The notes beneath the pieces are model-generated. The model was not told where the DNA came from. It was given only the letters and a program-made list of their open reading frames with translations, and did no database searches. The translations under genes were made by a program, and so were the position numbers. DNA of 64,000 bases from Anolis carolinensis (lineage: Eukaryota), in assembly GCF_035594765.1 (NCBI RefSeq), contig NC_085842.1, positions 248,693,747 through 248,757,746 on the forward strand, read 5' to 3'. Each line of letters opens with the position of its first letter. The first letter of the stretch is position 1. Of the stretch, positions 26,828-39,952 are shown piece by piece.

Positions 26828-27460
26828 GATTCTGGTCTGATGTAAAAGCTAAGCAGGCTCAGTTAGTACTTGGACAAGAGACTCATGGCCCTTCGATCCT
26901 GAAGTGGACCAGGGGTTTTGGCATCCCCCCACCAACCCACCACACAGGTTAAGGGCGACATGATGCTCTACAGGATTTAGAATAAAGGAAAAAGTAATAT
27001 GTATTTTTATTTTTAATATATATATGAATGTACATAATAAAAATTGCAATAATGTCTAAATTATCTCACTATTGAACATTTTTCAATAACTTCAGTAAAA
27101 TCCACTTGCTTAACTATATGATTTTGATGCACAAAATTTATAGATGATTAAATGACTCCTAACTAGTTGTGCTTTTTTACCATGTTTTCAATGAATTTGT
27201 CAGTCTGCTGAATTATTTAGTTTGTCTATTTTGGGTTTCTGTTCATTTCACCTAGTTGTTTGACCCACCAAGCTGGGCCTCCCTAATCCTGGACCCCCTG
27301 TCAGCCCTTATGGGAGAGACTGCCAATGAATACTGGGTGCTATGTTTTTCAGATGAAGAAATAAGTAGAATCACCTCTGAGTATTCCTTGTTTAAGAAAA
27401 CCTTATGAAATTCATTGGGTCACCATAAGTCAAGACATGTTTTGAAGGCATGCACATATT
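26828..27460 (+). mobile_element. 5S-derived SINE split by a ~430 bp insertion
   Basis: 5S-like head TCTGAT..AAGCTAAGCAGG..GTTAGTACTTGGA (26828-26883) resumes at ~27314 (GAGACTGCC..GAATACTGGGTGCT) with the family tail; AGAGACT is duplicated at both junctions. Confidence 0.6.
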
Positions 27461-29056
27461 CTTACTGTGATACATTGATTTTTTATCTTCCTGAGAAGAG
27501 AGAGAGAGAAGCAGAACCTTGACAATGCTAGAAAATGCTCCCTGGTATTTTACTACAAGCTGTTAGATGATATCAGGGGAACATTTATTATTCCTTGCAT
27601 CTGGAGTTTAAGAGACACATAACTGTTAGGCCGATGTCAGAGATAAAGGAGATGAACTATCACAAAAGTCGAAATGCCATCTGAAAGCAAGATGTAAGTT
27701 AGAGAACATTTTTTTCCTCTCTGCACTGGCTACTTGTAATGGGTTGTTGTGTTAGGAGCCACAGAGCTGCCTCCAGTTAAGTTTAATTTATTGTTGCAAT
27801 AGCTCATGTACTTCAGCAGCCTAAAGAGCATTTCCCACAGATCAGTTAATAAGATGCAGCCCAGAGAAAGGCCCAATGAATCTGTTTGTTACCGTCCACT
27901 TAGCGATGCTCTGGCTACAATACACCAGGGCTGAGATCAGTAAAAAGGCACCACAGGCTCACCACAAACCAAGAGAAATATAACCCAATACAGCAACAGA
28001 GATACTTTGTTTAGAAACAGTAGAAACTTCAAGCAACTGTCTGAGCAATTTAAAGAAGAAGAAAAGGAAAAATGCAAAGCAAAATAGATGGAAATGTGAT
28101 AAAATAACAAACCTAAACAGAGCATCATTATATGAACTGGATGGTAAAGAAGCTTTTTGGTTTTGTCAACTGTGCACACTTAAAAGGTAAAGATCTTGGC
28201 AGAGATAAAGTGCTACAGAAGAGTGACACATTTGATTGATATGCGGTCCTGAAAACACACACACACACACACACACAGGCACATCAATTACTTGCTTTCT
28301 TGGCTCCAATCCAATAATTTTTATTTGGAAAGGCCATGCTAGTGTGGTTTTGATTGCAGGAAATGAGTGGCTGTTGCTAAAGGATACAGTTTCATTGATG
28401 TGCTTAAGCGATTCCCTCTCCCTCTCCCTCTTCTTCAGTCTGATAAGGATGCTGAGAGATGATGGCAGTCTTTGAAAGAAGCCAGTTTGCAAAATTGCTT
28501 GGTCAGTTTTTCAATGATCTCTTATCTGGTCCAATAATGTTATCCTAATATTTATGAACATACACTTGCCATTCTCCCAATGACAGTCCCTATTGTTAGA
28601 CAGACCCAGGAAACTTCCTGAACTCGAGTTCTTCTTGAACACAGCCCAGCAGACCATTCCAGATACACAACATACATTGGATGAACATGTAGGGCATGCT
28701 TATGAAGAGGTCACTTCAAATTTGAAGAACACTGATGCTTGGAGGAATGTCACATTTAAAAAGGGGGGGGGGAGGACCAGACTGTGAATCTGAAGTTACA
28801 CAATCAATTTGAAGTTCTCTACACAGTAACAGATGATGAAGAAGTAGAACACATTGGTGAAAATGAGAGCTTCTTAAATACAACTGAGTGGACTGTCTTT
28901 GATAAATGTAGGTTGAAAGTCTCAAGGGAGAAAGACAGTTCACAAATATAGAATCTGGAATTAAAGAATGAAGTAGAGGCTCTTTCCCCAATCATAGATG
29001 ATGCAGAAGAAGAACACACTGTGGAGAATGAGGGGGTCTTGGACATGTCTGACTAG

Positions 29057-29204
29057 GGGCCCTTCAAGAGAGGCCCTGTATTCCAGGATCTGATCCCAGG
29101 TTTTCTGTTTATCCCAGATTATCTGGCAGTAGGGACATATAATCCAGTTTAATGCAGAAAGTCTGAGATCTGATCCTAGGATATAGAGCCTGGGTGGAAA
29201 GGCC
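29057..29204. mobile_element. Harbinger-like MITE inside CR1 ORF1
   Basis: Same family as 21291; degenerate TIRs. Confidence 0.65.
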
Positions 29205-29310
29205 TTGGAAGGGGCATTCATCAAGAGATGAATGCATGGGAGAATGTTTTTGAGGAGAGGCCAATTTAGAGGTATAGAATCCAGTAAAAAATAAAGAGGA
29301 ACAGAAATGA

Positions 29311-29449
29311 GGCCCCTTTCACAAAACTGTATAGAATCCACATTGAACTGGATTATATGGAAGTGTGGACTTAGATAATTCAGTTCAAAGAAGATATTAT
29401 GGATTATCTGCCTTGATATTCTGGGTTATATGGCTGTGTGGAAAGGCCC
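29311..29449. mobile_element. Harbinger-like MITE inside CR1 ORF1
   Basis: GGCCCCTTTCACAAAAC / GCTGTGTGGAAAGGCCC ends; internal sequence shared with 30034 and 52651. Confidence 0.7.
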
Positions 29450-30033
29450 AAGAGCAACATGGCCAGGTCTCAGGAGACCTGCAAAGCATCTTATAGGAAA
29501 GTGATGACCCTATTAGTCATCACAGGAGATGTGTGCTGGTAGTAGGGGACTCCCTCCTGAGGGGAACAGAAGCAGTGATTTGCAAATGTCTCAAGGATGT
29601 CTCAAAAAGTATGCTGTCTCCCTGGGTCAAAAATCCACCATGTAACTGACTGGCTGAAGAGACTCATTAAACCCACTGACCCCGTTTCCTGTTGGTTCAT
29701 GTAGGAACCGATGATACTATAAGGCATAGTTTTCAACAGAGCAGAAAGGATTTTGAAGCTCTTGGAAGAAAGCTAAAAGATCTTAATGTACAGGTTGACT
29801 TTTCATCCCTCTTCCCAGTTACATGACATGGCCCAGGAAGGGTGAGAAAAATAGAAGAGGTGAATGACTGACTCCACAGATGGTGTCAGGAAGTACCATT
29901 TGGCTTCCTGGACCATGGCCTAATTTTTTAGGAAGATGGGCTTCTGGCACGGCATGGACTACACCTCAAAGAAGTTGGAAGTAATGTTTTTTGCTGAAAG
30001 ACTCACAAACCTGATCAGGTAGACTTTAAACTA

Positions 30034-30173
30034 GGGCCGGTTCCATACAGTTATATAAAATCCACATTGAACTGGATTATATGGCAGTGTGGACTCAGAT
30101 AATCCAGTTCAAAGCAGACATTGTTGATTACCTGCCTTGACATTCTGGGTTATAGGGCTGTGTGGAAGGGTCC
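30034..30173. mobile_element. Harbinger-like MITE at the CR1 ORF1 stop
   Basis: GGGCCGGTTCCATACAG / CTGTGTGGAAGGGTCC ends; near-copy of 29311-29449. Confidence 0.7.
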
Positions 30174-30278
30174 TGCGTTGTGTGGGGGTGGGTGAACAGT
30201 AGTCTACCAAGGGCTGGAGGAAACGGTCCAATGGCTAAATAAAGGATTCGACAAACAGAACAAGTAGCAAGCAGTAGG

Positions 30279-30380
30279 CAGGGGTGGTTCAACCAGTAGG
30301 CAAACTATGTGGTTGCTGAAGGCATCATCCTTTAGGGGGCACAGTTGAGATGCATTCAGATGCCCTAAATGAGCAGCTTC

Positions 30381-30413
<33 letters not shown>

Positions 30414-31938
30414 TCCCTGCTGGGGGGCCCACGCCCTCGGGGCATGCATCACCTTCCCCCTCCCACATGTGTGCATGCATGCATGCACGTGCATACACCC
30501 CCCCCCCCCCAGCCCGGCCTGCCTCTGCGGCCTGCCCTGCCTCATAGAGGGTCCAAGTTTGCCTGTGCCTGCTCTAACCTGGAAGTAGTTCTGGGAGTTG
30601 AAGTCCAAGAACCTTGGACAGCCCAAATTTGCCCATGCCTGCACTATGCGCTGGTGTAAATAATCCATGATGATGGCAATTGCACATGCGCCGGCGGCAA
30701 CAGCCTCCTCTTTTCACCATGTGCTTCCCTCTTCTCACCAGAGGGAAGCCAAGAAGCAGCCGCCATCGCCTTTGGAAATCTGGCCTTCCGCGCTTCAGTA
30801 ATGGGAATGGTGCAGGCACATGCGTGACAGCGGCACCAACTTTTTGTTCGCGCTGTGTTTGCGCCTCTCACCTCCCTCTTCTCTTTGCATGAGAAGGAGA
30901 GAGGCATGCAGGCCAGCAGCACTAGCTTCCTGTTCTCGCTGTGTGCCCGCCTCACGCCTTCTCATGCAAAGGGAAGAATGAAATGAGGGACGCACACACC
31001 AGCAGCATCAACTTTCTGTTCTCGATACGTTCACACCTCTTGTCTCCCTCTTCCCTTTGAGCAAGAAGGAGAGAGGCGCATGCACAGCGAGAACAGGAAG
31101 CTGGTGATGCTGGCCTGCGCACCTCTCACCTTCTCGCGCAAAGAGAAGAGGGAGGTGAGAGGCGCGAATGCGGCGAGAGTAGAGAGCTCGCACCCTCCCA
31201 TTACTGGAGAGCAGCAGGCCGGGTTTTCAAAGGCGATGATGGCTACTCCTTGGCTTCCCTCTGGTGAGAAGAGGGAAGCAAGCAGTGAAAAAAGGAGGAT
31301 GGTTGCCATCGCCATGGATTATTTACACCAGCACCATAGTGCAGGCACAGGCAAATTTATGGTCTCCAGGGTTCTTGGACTTCAACTCCCACCACTACCT
31401 TCAGGTTAGAGCAGGCATGGGCAAACCTGAGCACCCTAGGGGTCTTGGACGTCAACTCCCACAACTCCCTATAGGGTAGAGCAGGCATGAGCAAACCTGA
31501 CCCCTCTGTGGGTTTGGACTTCAACTCCCACTATTCCATCCAGGATAGAGCAGGCATGGGCAAACTTGGGCCCCCTAGGGCCCAAGAATATCAAGGCAGA
31601 TAACCCACAATATCTGCTTTGAACTGGGTTATCTGAGTCCACACTGCCCTATATCCCAGTTCAATGTTTGGCGCTAAATTCGCAAATATAGTAATTCCTA
31701 CATAACATTACCATGTATTGAACTGCTTTTTCTGTAGATTTATTGTAAAACATGATGTTCTGGTGCTTAATTTGTAAAATCATAATGTAATTTGATGTTT
31801 AATCGGCTTTTCCTTAATCCCTCCTTATTATCCAACATTTTCATTTATCCAGCACTTTTATTTTTCAGTGATTAGTTTGGGGGGGGGGGAGAGGTGCCAA
31901 AATTCTGTTCGCTTACACTTGAAAATTACCTAGGGCCA
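30279..31938. mobile_element. Composite non-autonomous hAT-like element with ~900 bp fold-back, 70-bp tandem array and captured MITE fragments
   Basis: Begins CAGGGGTGGTTC and ends ..CCTAGGGCC (damaged TIR, no TSD seen); internal inverted arms; 70-bp tandem units 31341-31583; Harbinger- and Tc1-MITE pieces 31584-31850. Confidence 0.55.
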
Positions 31939-33552
31939 GTAATTAATTGTTATGGAATAAATATTATGGTTCTGAAGGGAGTAGGGGGGAGGGGGAAGCA
32001 TTTGGTTGTTTAAAGAAACATGTAGGTGGTATGGAATTCCTTCAACCCTATGAAGATAGGAGAAAATAAGGATATGGTCACCATTTCTTCATAGACTAGT
32101 TCCTTTCATGAGTAATGCTTCCATATGAAAGAGGCATGTGAGTTTTTAATTCCTTATCTATTTCCTCAAAGGGAAGGAATACAAACAATCAAAACTCCTC
32201 CCTAGTGCAGTTTTCTATAGGACTTAAACTTTTTTATTTCTCTAACTAGTATTCTTGCTGAGTCTGCAAACTCTTAATAAAATATGAATCAACTTCAATG
32301 TGTAATTGAAGATTCAAAAAGAAAATGTGTCTTTACATCTCTAAGAGAAACTAAGAAATCTGCAGGAGGCATTATGAGTAGAAGAAGATAAAAATATTTT
32401 TATTCTACAAATAATTAGCATATCTTTTTGTTGTTACAAAGAGTATTTGTCCCAGTTTGGTGTGTGCATGCTCATGTAAGTTTGTGGCCTCCTTGTTCTA
32501 GAATGGAAAGACCAAAGCAAAAAATAGAGGAAGAATTAACATTATGGGTTGTGTTTTTTGGATACATTCTGGTATTTATTCATAACTTGGTGTATTTGCA
32601 GTCCTCACAGAGTCCATTGTGTGCTGAGTCCTCATAAAAAAACAACAACAGACATTACTTTATCTGAGTCATAGCTTATTTCTCATTCCATTTAAAGATA
32701 CTTTCATGGAGGCATCTTGTTTTAGATAAACCAGCATGATATGCTGCTTGAGTGTTGGACCAGGACTCCAAGGGACCTGAGTGTGAATCCACATTTAGCC
32801 ACATTGACCTTGGTCCAGTCACAGTCTCAGCCTTAGAGGAAGACACTGACAAACTGCTTCTGAAGAAATCTTGCCAAGAAATCCCATAATAGCTCAATTT
32901 ATGGTCACCATAAAATTCACATGACAATATTTTGATTATATGTATTGAGTACAATGTTTTGATTATATGAATTGGTCAGTTTGGCTGTATTATATTGTAT
33001 CTTTTTATCTGGACAATTTGTTTTACAATTGTATTTTATAGTTTTATATGCTATTTTTTTCTTTTCCTTTGTATATGGATATATTTTAGATGGTACATCT
33101 TTGGCAGGACCCACTATTTTTGGTTGTTTTATTTGTAAAGCACCATGTACACTTAAGGTATTATATAAATAAATTATGAGGATGATGGCTGCAATTCTCA
33201 TAGGGTTCCTATTTTTTATTAAAAGTTCAAAAAAGAAACCTCACTGTTGTGTATTAAACAAGTTGAAGCTTCTGACTACCTTCAAGGAAAGCCCTAGATA
33301 GCGTGAAGTGCAGTAGTATAATTGAAAGGTTGGTTTGTGGTCAGCTTAGTAGGGAAACATTACAGTTGGCAGATTGAGACATGGAGTCCACCTAAAATAA
33401 TAGAGATGGATCCAGGAATACTTTTGAGTTAGACATTTATTTATTCTATAACCTCACTGAATGCAGGTCATACATCCACTTCCGCACAATTTCATTGTAT
33501 TGCCAAAGTATGAAAGATTAAAAAAAACAGCATGGACAATGGTATATATATA

Positions 33553-33895
33553 TTTTATTTATTACAGTCGATGACCAGCAACAGAAAATGTACAAGCATC
33601 AGAATAGCGTAGAAACATATGCAATTAGATATTAAGAAACACAGTGAAGAAGAAGGTTAACACACAGTATTGAATGTGGTAGTTAAAATGATATAAAACA
33701 TTTATATGCTAAAATGACAAAGTAAATGCTAAAGTAAATATTAAAACCTACTAAAACCTTGGCAACATCTTGCACCGACAAGCTATCGCTGCTGCACAAA
33801 AGCTAGCAACTTTGGCAGTAATTTTGGGGTCTTGGTCTGCCAAAAGATAATCAACATAAAACCTTACAGATCTCCCTGGTAAACTTTCTAAAATT
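33553..33895 (-). mobile_element. 3' end of a non-LTR retrotransposon (clade uncertain)
   Basis: The minus strand reads a C-terminal remnant (..FYVDYLLADQDP..), an AT-rich 3' UTR and an AATAAA-type tail. Confidence 0.4.
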
Positions 33896-34428
33896 ACCAG
33901 CATGGACAACAGTAAGGAATGTAGGAAATTGAAACCTGAAACATTTGGAGTACTGTAGAATTTCTACTTTTTCTATATTTGTGGTAGGAATATTTTAATG
34001 GTCAGAACATATACAATTTAGACAAAGAAGAACTCAGCTCTGTGGAAGGGCCTGCAGCCCATTTCATTTTCTAAATGACAGCATCAAGCACTAGAATAGG
34101 TCTGTGACTCTGGTAACTAGTCCAATGGCAGGAGTGACAGCTTTATTTCTCTGTGTGAGAGCAACTATTCTCATATGCTCAAATATTTTTAAAATATGAA
34201 TCAGTGAACTCCAGCTGGAAAGATTTCATCTGCCATATTTAAAGTTAATGTGAAAGACATTGATATATTCCTACTGTTAAGAAGTTTATAATTCTACTAT
34301 AATTCTTTTGTGAAAGAAAGAAATCTCACCATATTGATGAAGACGCCTAAATCAAAAGACACCATGCAGCCAATGTTAAGCACTTTTAGTTCCCAAAAGT
34401 TTGAAAAGTAATATGCATTCAAACTTTT

Positions 34429-35430
34429 TCTATTTATATATATAAAAGAGTAAAAAACTCGGGGCTGTGAGCAAAACAACAAAACTACACATCGCAGAAC
34501 CATGAAACTTGGCAACACAACCCACCATCCTTGCCCCTAGGTTCTGACAACAAAAAGAAAAGAAAAATAAAGTCCTAATTAGAGAGAGAGGAATAATTGT
34601 TTTTATCCAAATGCTGACAGTTAGAAGGCTAAACTCCGCCCACTGGGTCTGCTGCCAGTTAGAAGGCTAAGCTCCACCCACTTGATCTCCTAGCAACCCA
34701 TTCAGCCCAGAGCCTTTACAATCAGGCCTCTTCCCCACTGCCTATAAAATACAGATTATCTGATTTGAACTGGATTATATAGCAGTGTAGACTCAAGGCC
34801 CTTCCACACAACTATATAACCCACTTATAATCTTATATTATCTGCTTTGAACTGGATTATCTTGACTCCACACTGCCATATAATCCACTTCAGTGTGCAT
34901 TTTATACAGCTGTGAAGAAGGGGCCTCATATAATCCAGTTCTAAGCAGATAATATAAGATTATCAATATACAGTAGAGTCTCACTTATCAAACATAAACA
35001 GGCCGGCAGAACGTTGGATAAGTGAATACGTTGGATAATAAGGATTCAGGAAAAGCCTATTAAACATCAAATTAGGTAATCATTATACAAATTACGCACT
35101 ATAATATCATGTTATACAACAAATTTGACAGGAAAGGTAGTTCAATGCACAGTAATGCTATGTAGTAATTACTGTATTACAAATTTACCACCAAAATATG
35201 AATATAAAACATTGACTACAAAAACATTGAGTACTAAAAGGCAGACTGCGTTGGATAATCCAGAACATTGGATAAGCGAATGTTGGATAAGTGAGATTCT
35301 ACTGTAATATGAAATAATTACTGTGGTAGAATAATACAGAACAATATAATCTCTAAAACCAGGACAGTAAATAAAGAGCAACACTCTGAAAGCAGGGAAA
35401 TTGGGAATTCTACAAAGGAAACAATCAAGG
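34429..35430 (+). mobile_element. Helitron-like non-autonomous element (3' end missing) with embedded MITEs
   Basis: 5' TCTATTTATATATATAAAA start; ~39-bp direct duplication 34611-34688; tandem Harbinger-like MITEs ~34724-34925; Tc1-type MITE 34971-35304. No 3' hairpin or CTAG found. Confidence 0.5.
34971..35304. mobile_element. Tc1/mariner-pogo type MITE
   Basis: CAGTAGAGTCTCACTTATC / GATAAGTGAGATTCTACTG; TA flanks. Confidence 0.85.
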
Positions 35431-38400
35431 TGTTAAAAATAAATTGTTTGTCAACTGGCTTAAGAATCATTGAAGAAACCAACACTTTAGAAACAGCAAA
35501 ATACCTCAACCCCACGGTTGAAGCTTGTGTCGTATGAAAGGTACTGTGGGTTGCAGTTTCTTAAATATACAGACATGCCGATTGTACTGCATGGGCTGAA
35601 GTCCTATGAGTCATTTGTAAGTCAGATGTTTGCAACTTGAGAACTGACTGTAGATAAGAGCAACAAAACAAACTATCATATAGCACAACCCTCTTATCTT
35701 CAGGGGATAAATTCCATGGCATATCCCTGAAACCATGGATAATAGAGCACCCTATACAGTATCTTGATTATATTTGGGCAAGAAGCATACCATATTATTG
35801 CACTGGAGGATCTAGAAAGGCCCATAAACACTTCCAGGGGGTGGGGATATTTTTTAGAGAATGATTAAGGAAAGTGGATATTGAATCTGTGGATTTGGGG
35901 GGGGGGGGTGTCATTCTGTGTTTCTCTTTTTGTAGTTCTGAAGCTGTCCATAGATTGAGGTATCATTTCATTGGTGCAGCTTTGCTGTTTTCGATGGAAA
36001 TGTAGCCAAAAATAAATAAATAATTGTCCCTATAGAGCCACATACCCCTAAACTATCCCAATTTGGTAGGGATCTCTCTTCTTCCTACTTTCCCCTGTTT
36101 GCCCTCAGCTTACTTCCATTGCTGCAAACTGAGTTCATAGAATCATGGAGAAGAGACCATAACGGCCATCCATTCAAACACTCTGACATGCCAGAATACA
36201 CAATCAAAGCATGCCCAGCAGATGTCCATCCAGTCTCTGTTTAAAAAACCACAAAAGCCCTTAGGTGAAATCTGCTCCTGCCAGGGTCATGAGAGAAGCT
36301 GATTGCTGAAACTCTCTATCACACTTTTGCTACATTTGTGCTTTAAGAGTATCATTTGCACTTTTCCCCATCCACATTAATGGCATCATTACCAACTTCT
36401 GTATAACACTCTTTGCTTTGTCACTGGTTTGTGTATTTTCTTTTTAAAAAAATATAGCTGTATTAGTGTAAAGTGTTGGGGTGTATAGCATTATGACAAC
36501 ATAACAGCAAGAGAGAGAGAGAGAGAGTTCAGAAGAGGACTTTAAGAGGAGTTTACCGGAAAGTCATCTTCCCTGCCTGAAAATGGTCAAGAGCTTCTCT
36601 GCCAGAGATTTTCTTAGAAATTCTTAAGGGAGGGATAACCTAGCCATACCTACATCATATCCACAAATGGCTCATTCATGAAAGAAAGTACTATGAGAGA
36701 TCTGAACTAGTTACTGAATTGCTGCAACAAAAGAAGGGTCATTAATTGATTATTTCCAGTGTGGTTTAAAAAGCACATTTTAAATTACCCTGAAACATAA
36801 GAATGCTTGGAGAGCAAAGACATTGTGCTATAAGGCTGAGGCAGAAGCAGGAATAATGCATTGATCTGATGTTATAACAGCATGGAGTGATAATTCCCTA
36901 GGACTTTAGTGCATACTACTGATCATTTTGGCAGCAAAGCAAAAAAAATAAACAAGTCGCCCTTTTTGGGTGGGGCATGGGGACGCTTGGTTGGCTACAT
37001 ATGGGACATGGACTAGATTTGACCCATCCCTGTTATAGAGGAACACAGCACTTAAGATTAACTATAAATGCAGTTTTTGTTCTGTTAAAGAGTATAGTAC
37101 TATAAACAAAGGAAAAGAGACATTTGAGTGTGGACAGAAGGGAGTGACTCAAATCTATATTCAACTTGCTTTCTCCATGTAGATTTACTCTTAGAATGCA
37201 TTAGTGTTAAGTAGCATCTGGAATAGTTTGCTTATTATTTGTAATGGCAGTTTCCGAGTTCTCACTTTGCAGTCTTTTAATTCCCAATTAATTAATTTGT
37301 GGCTTCTCAGTTCGCAGTTCTTGACTTCATAATTTCTACTTCAAAAATTGTGATGCGGTGGCTTATTATTTAGCAAATTAACCTTTACTGTGTGGATTTG
37401 AAAGACGGAGTGAAATTACTATTTCATAGATGATAAATAACTGGTCATGAACTACAAAATGTCGACTAAATTATTTAATGATTGTGAGCATGAGTCCTGA
37501 CTACCATGTTTCCTCCAGCTATGCTCAACAAGACAAAATAGTGACTATCTCATAAAGAAGGATACACCACAATTATTTGTGTGTAGCAAATAATATTGTT
37601 TCACACATTTGAGCAGCATCATTACGGAGTGTGTGGTTTGGGCTTAGGACCAGAGGAATGCCCACCCATCAATTCCCTTGGCAAGCTTAAGTGCCATATA
37701 ATTATTCCGTCTCTCAGTACAGCTGGTGTTCTCTTGCAGGCATCCTGTTCAATTTTCCCATTAATGTAAATAATAAAATAGTAAGTGTGTTGTTAAGGCT
37801 TTCCGTGATCCTGTTCAAGTTATAGATGCTTCACAATTAGGCCAAATGTGATCCACAGGCATTCCAACTCACAAAAATTTCAACCAAGCTATGGCATCCT
37901 CTTTATGTTCTAAAAACAGTAGCTCATCAGACAGGATAACATGTAACTCTCAGCTTAAGGGTGATCATGAATATTTTTACTATTCCCAAGGCTCCCATTG
38001 CTGTGCCGCTGAACTCTTGCAGTAGCCCCCCACCAATTAGAAACAAGTATTTCTGTTTTAAAGGAAGCATGAATTGCCTTCAGAAAAAAGGCATGCACTC
38101 CCCATGTGTCTTGTTTTAAAGAAAAAGGAGCTCCTCATTCCCAAGGATCCTTCTATACATGCCTAAAAACCTGGAAGTAACTGGGTAAAAAAGGGGGGTT
38201 AAATGGTGTTTAGCCAAAGAGCGGATAGAATGAGGTTTACAGATGAAAAACACGTGTAAAAACGGTTTGCTTAAAACTCGATTCCATCTGAAAAATGTGC
38301 ACCTTTGCATGACTGTATATCTCTGCAGTCAGGCAAAACATGTGCTTTACTTCCCCCTCTGTGGACTGTTCCAGTGCATGTGCTCGTTTTAAAAGCCCGA

Positions 38401-39952
38401 AGCAGCTGATCAGGTGACTGGGCTATCAAAACATGGAACCACAGACACACAGGTGGTTCAAGGGAAGAATAAGTGGAAAGCAAATAAAACTCTCAGAAAC
38501 TCTTTTTTTAAAAATTTGGTAATATTAAACAGAGCTTGAATTAACAATTGGGTAAAGAGCAAGATCCAACAGAGGTTTTTCTTTTTCTTTTTAATCACTC
38601 CGTTATGCACTGGATCTCATATGCACACATACAAATCTGTTTGTGTTTACATTAAGATATTTGCATGTGCAAATATGAAGTCCAGCACATAATGGAGTGA
38701 TTTTAAAAAAAATTCCACCAGATGTCCCCCGTCTGCCCTCCATCTTAATCAGCTACAAAGGAAGGCTGTGAGCATAGTGGGAGACCATTTCCCGGGATTG
38801 ACAGGTCTATGTGTGGACCTGCTGTCAGGTCCTGGAATTTTTTTGTCCTAGAATTTTAAAACACAAACTTTGGTGCTTTCTAGAAGTGCCTCAAGATTCA
38901 TTAGAAGGAAAAAGGTACATCTCCCAGTGATCTTTTTTGTGACAATGTGACCAATCTCATCTCCAGAGCCTACTAGAGTCTTTCTTATTTCTCTATAATT
39001 GGGTCACAGTTCTACAAAGGTGAACTTCTAGCCCTGGCCAAAAATTGCATGAGTAAGGGATTTGAGGTTGGTGTGTAAGCCAAAAGCAACATTGTGGGAA
39101 GGAGCTCCCATGTTTGGCAAGACAGAAAAAAACCCCCAGAATATTCCCCTTTGACTCTATCTGCCTGGTCTGATGCCTCTGCGTGGATCTTCATGCTTTG
39201 GAATTTCTAATGAAATACCTGGAGAGGAACACTCCTCCAGTATTCAGGTGATGAAGGGAGTTGCCTCCTTACAGGCATCATTTGGAAGTTAGTGGTGTTT
39301 GTATTAATGCAAAGAGGCTTTTACTGTGGGAGTATTACTGCTGCCAAAAGTACTAATTACTCACATATACAAGACTCAAGAATACACACCCTCAATTATT
39401 GTAGTGCATGAAGTAACTGCTTACTTTGTTCTGTCTTAACTTGCCAAAGCCCAGTTGTGGGACACTGTAATTAGGATCAGTCGGCACATAACAACACAGG
39501 TGTGGGATTGCTTTCTTCGTTCTTGCTTGATAAGCTCAGTTTCATGGCTTGGCAACCTTTCTCGGGTTAATGACTTATATTAAAAGTATATGATGGTTGG
39601 CTGAGAATGAGGCTTTGGCACCGGAGAGGTCCTCCATCAGGGTGCCAGCTCAGTACTAAAGAAACAGAAGTCTAATTTTATATTGCTGCAATGAGGGGAC
39701 TAAGATTCCCACATCAGCTCACAGTTAAGCCCTAATGTGTATTATGCTGCACTTTCGAAATGTCACGTGTAATACCTTTCCTCGACTACAATAACCCAAC
39801 TGTGCATACTTAAAGCTCCAGAATGATAATAAAAAGAAGCAGCCTGGCGTGCCGAGTCCAAATCAGTAACAGCCCAAGTGGAATTTCTCCACCACTCATT
39901 TTGAATTGAATGAGAGTTACACAAGGATTGCTGTGTACTCCTCCACATCTAA

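Larger units (their letters stand above)
28590..30034 (+). mobile_element. Degenerate CR1 LINE ORF1 (SGNH esterase-like domain), interrupted by MITEs
   Basis: From 29521: RRCVLVVGDSLLRGTEAVIC, then VCCLPG, FLLVHVGTDD, GLLARHGLHL, ending ..TLN* (TAG 30032-34); upstream AWRNVT and ELKNEVEAL motifs. The 5' limit is approximate. Confidence 0.75.

Noticed and set aside
31341-31583. CRISPR-like repeat-spacer appearance
   Set aside because: Eukaryotic DNA; the supposed spacers are homologous to each other and to hAT MITE ends, and there are no cas genes.
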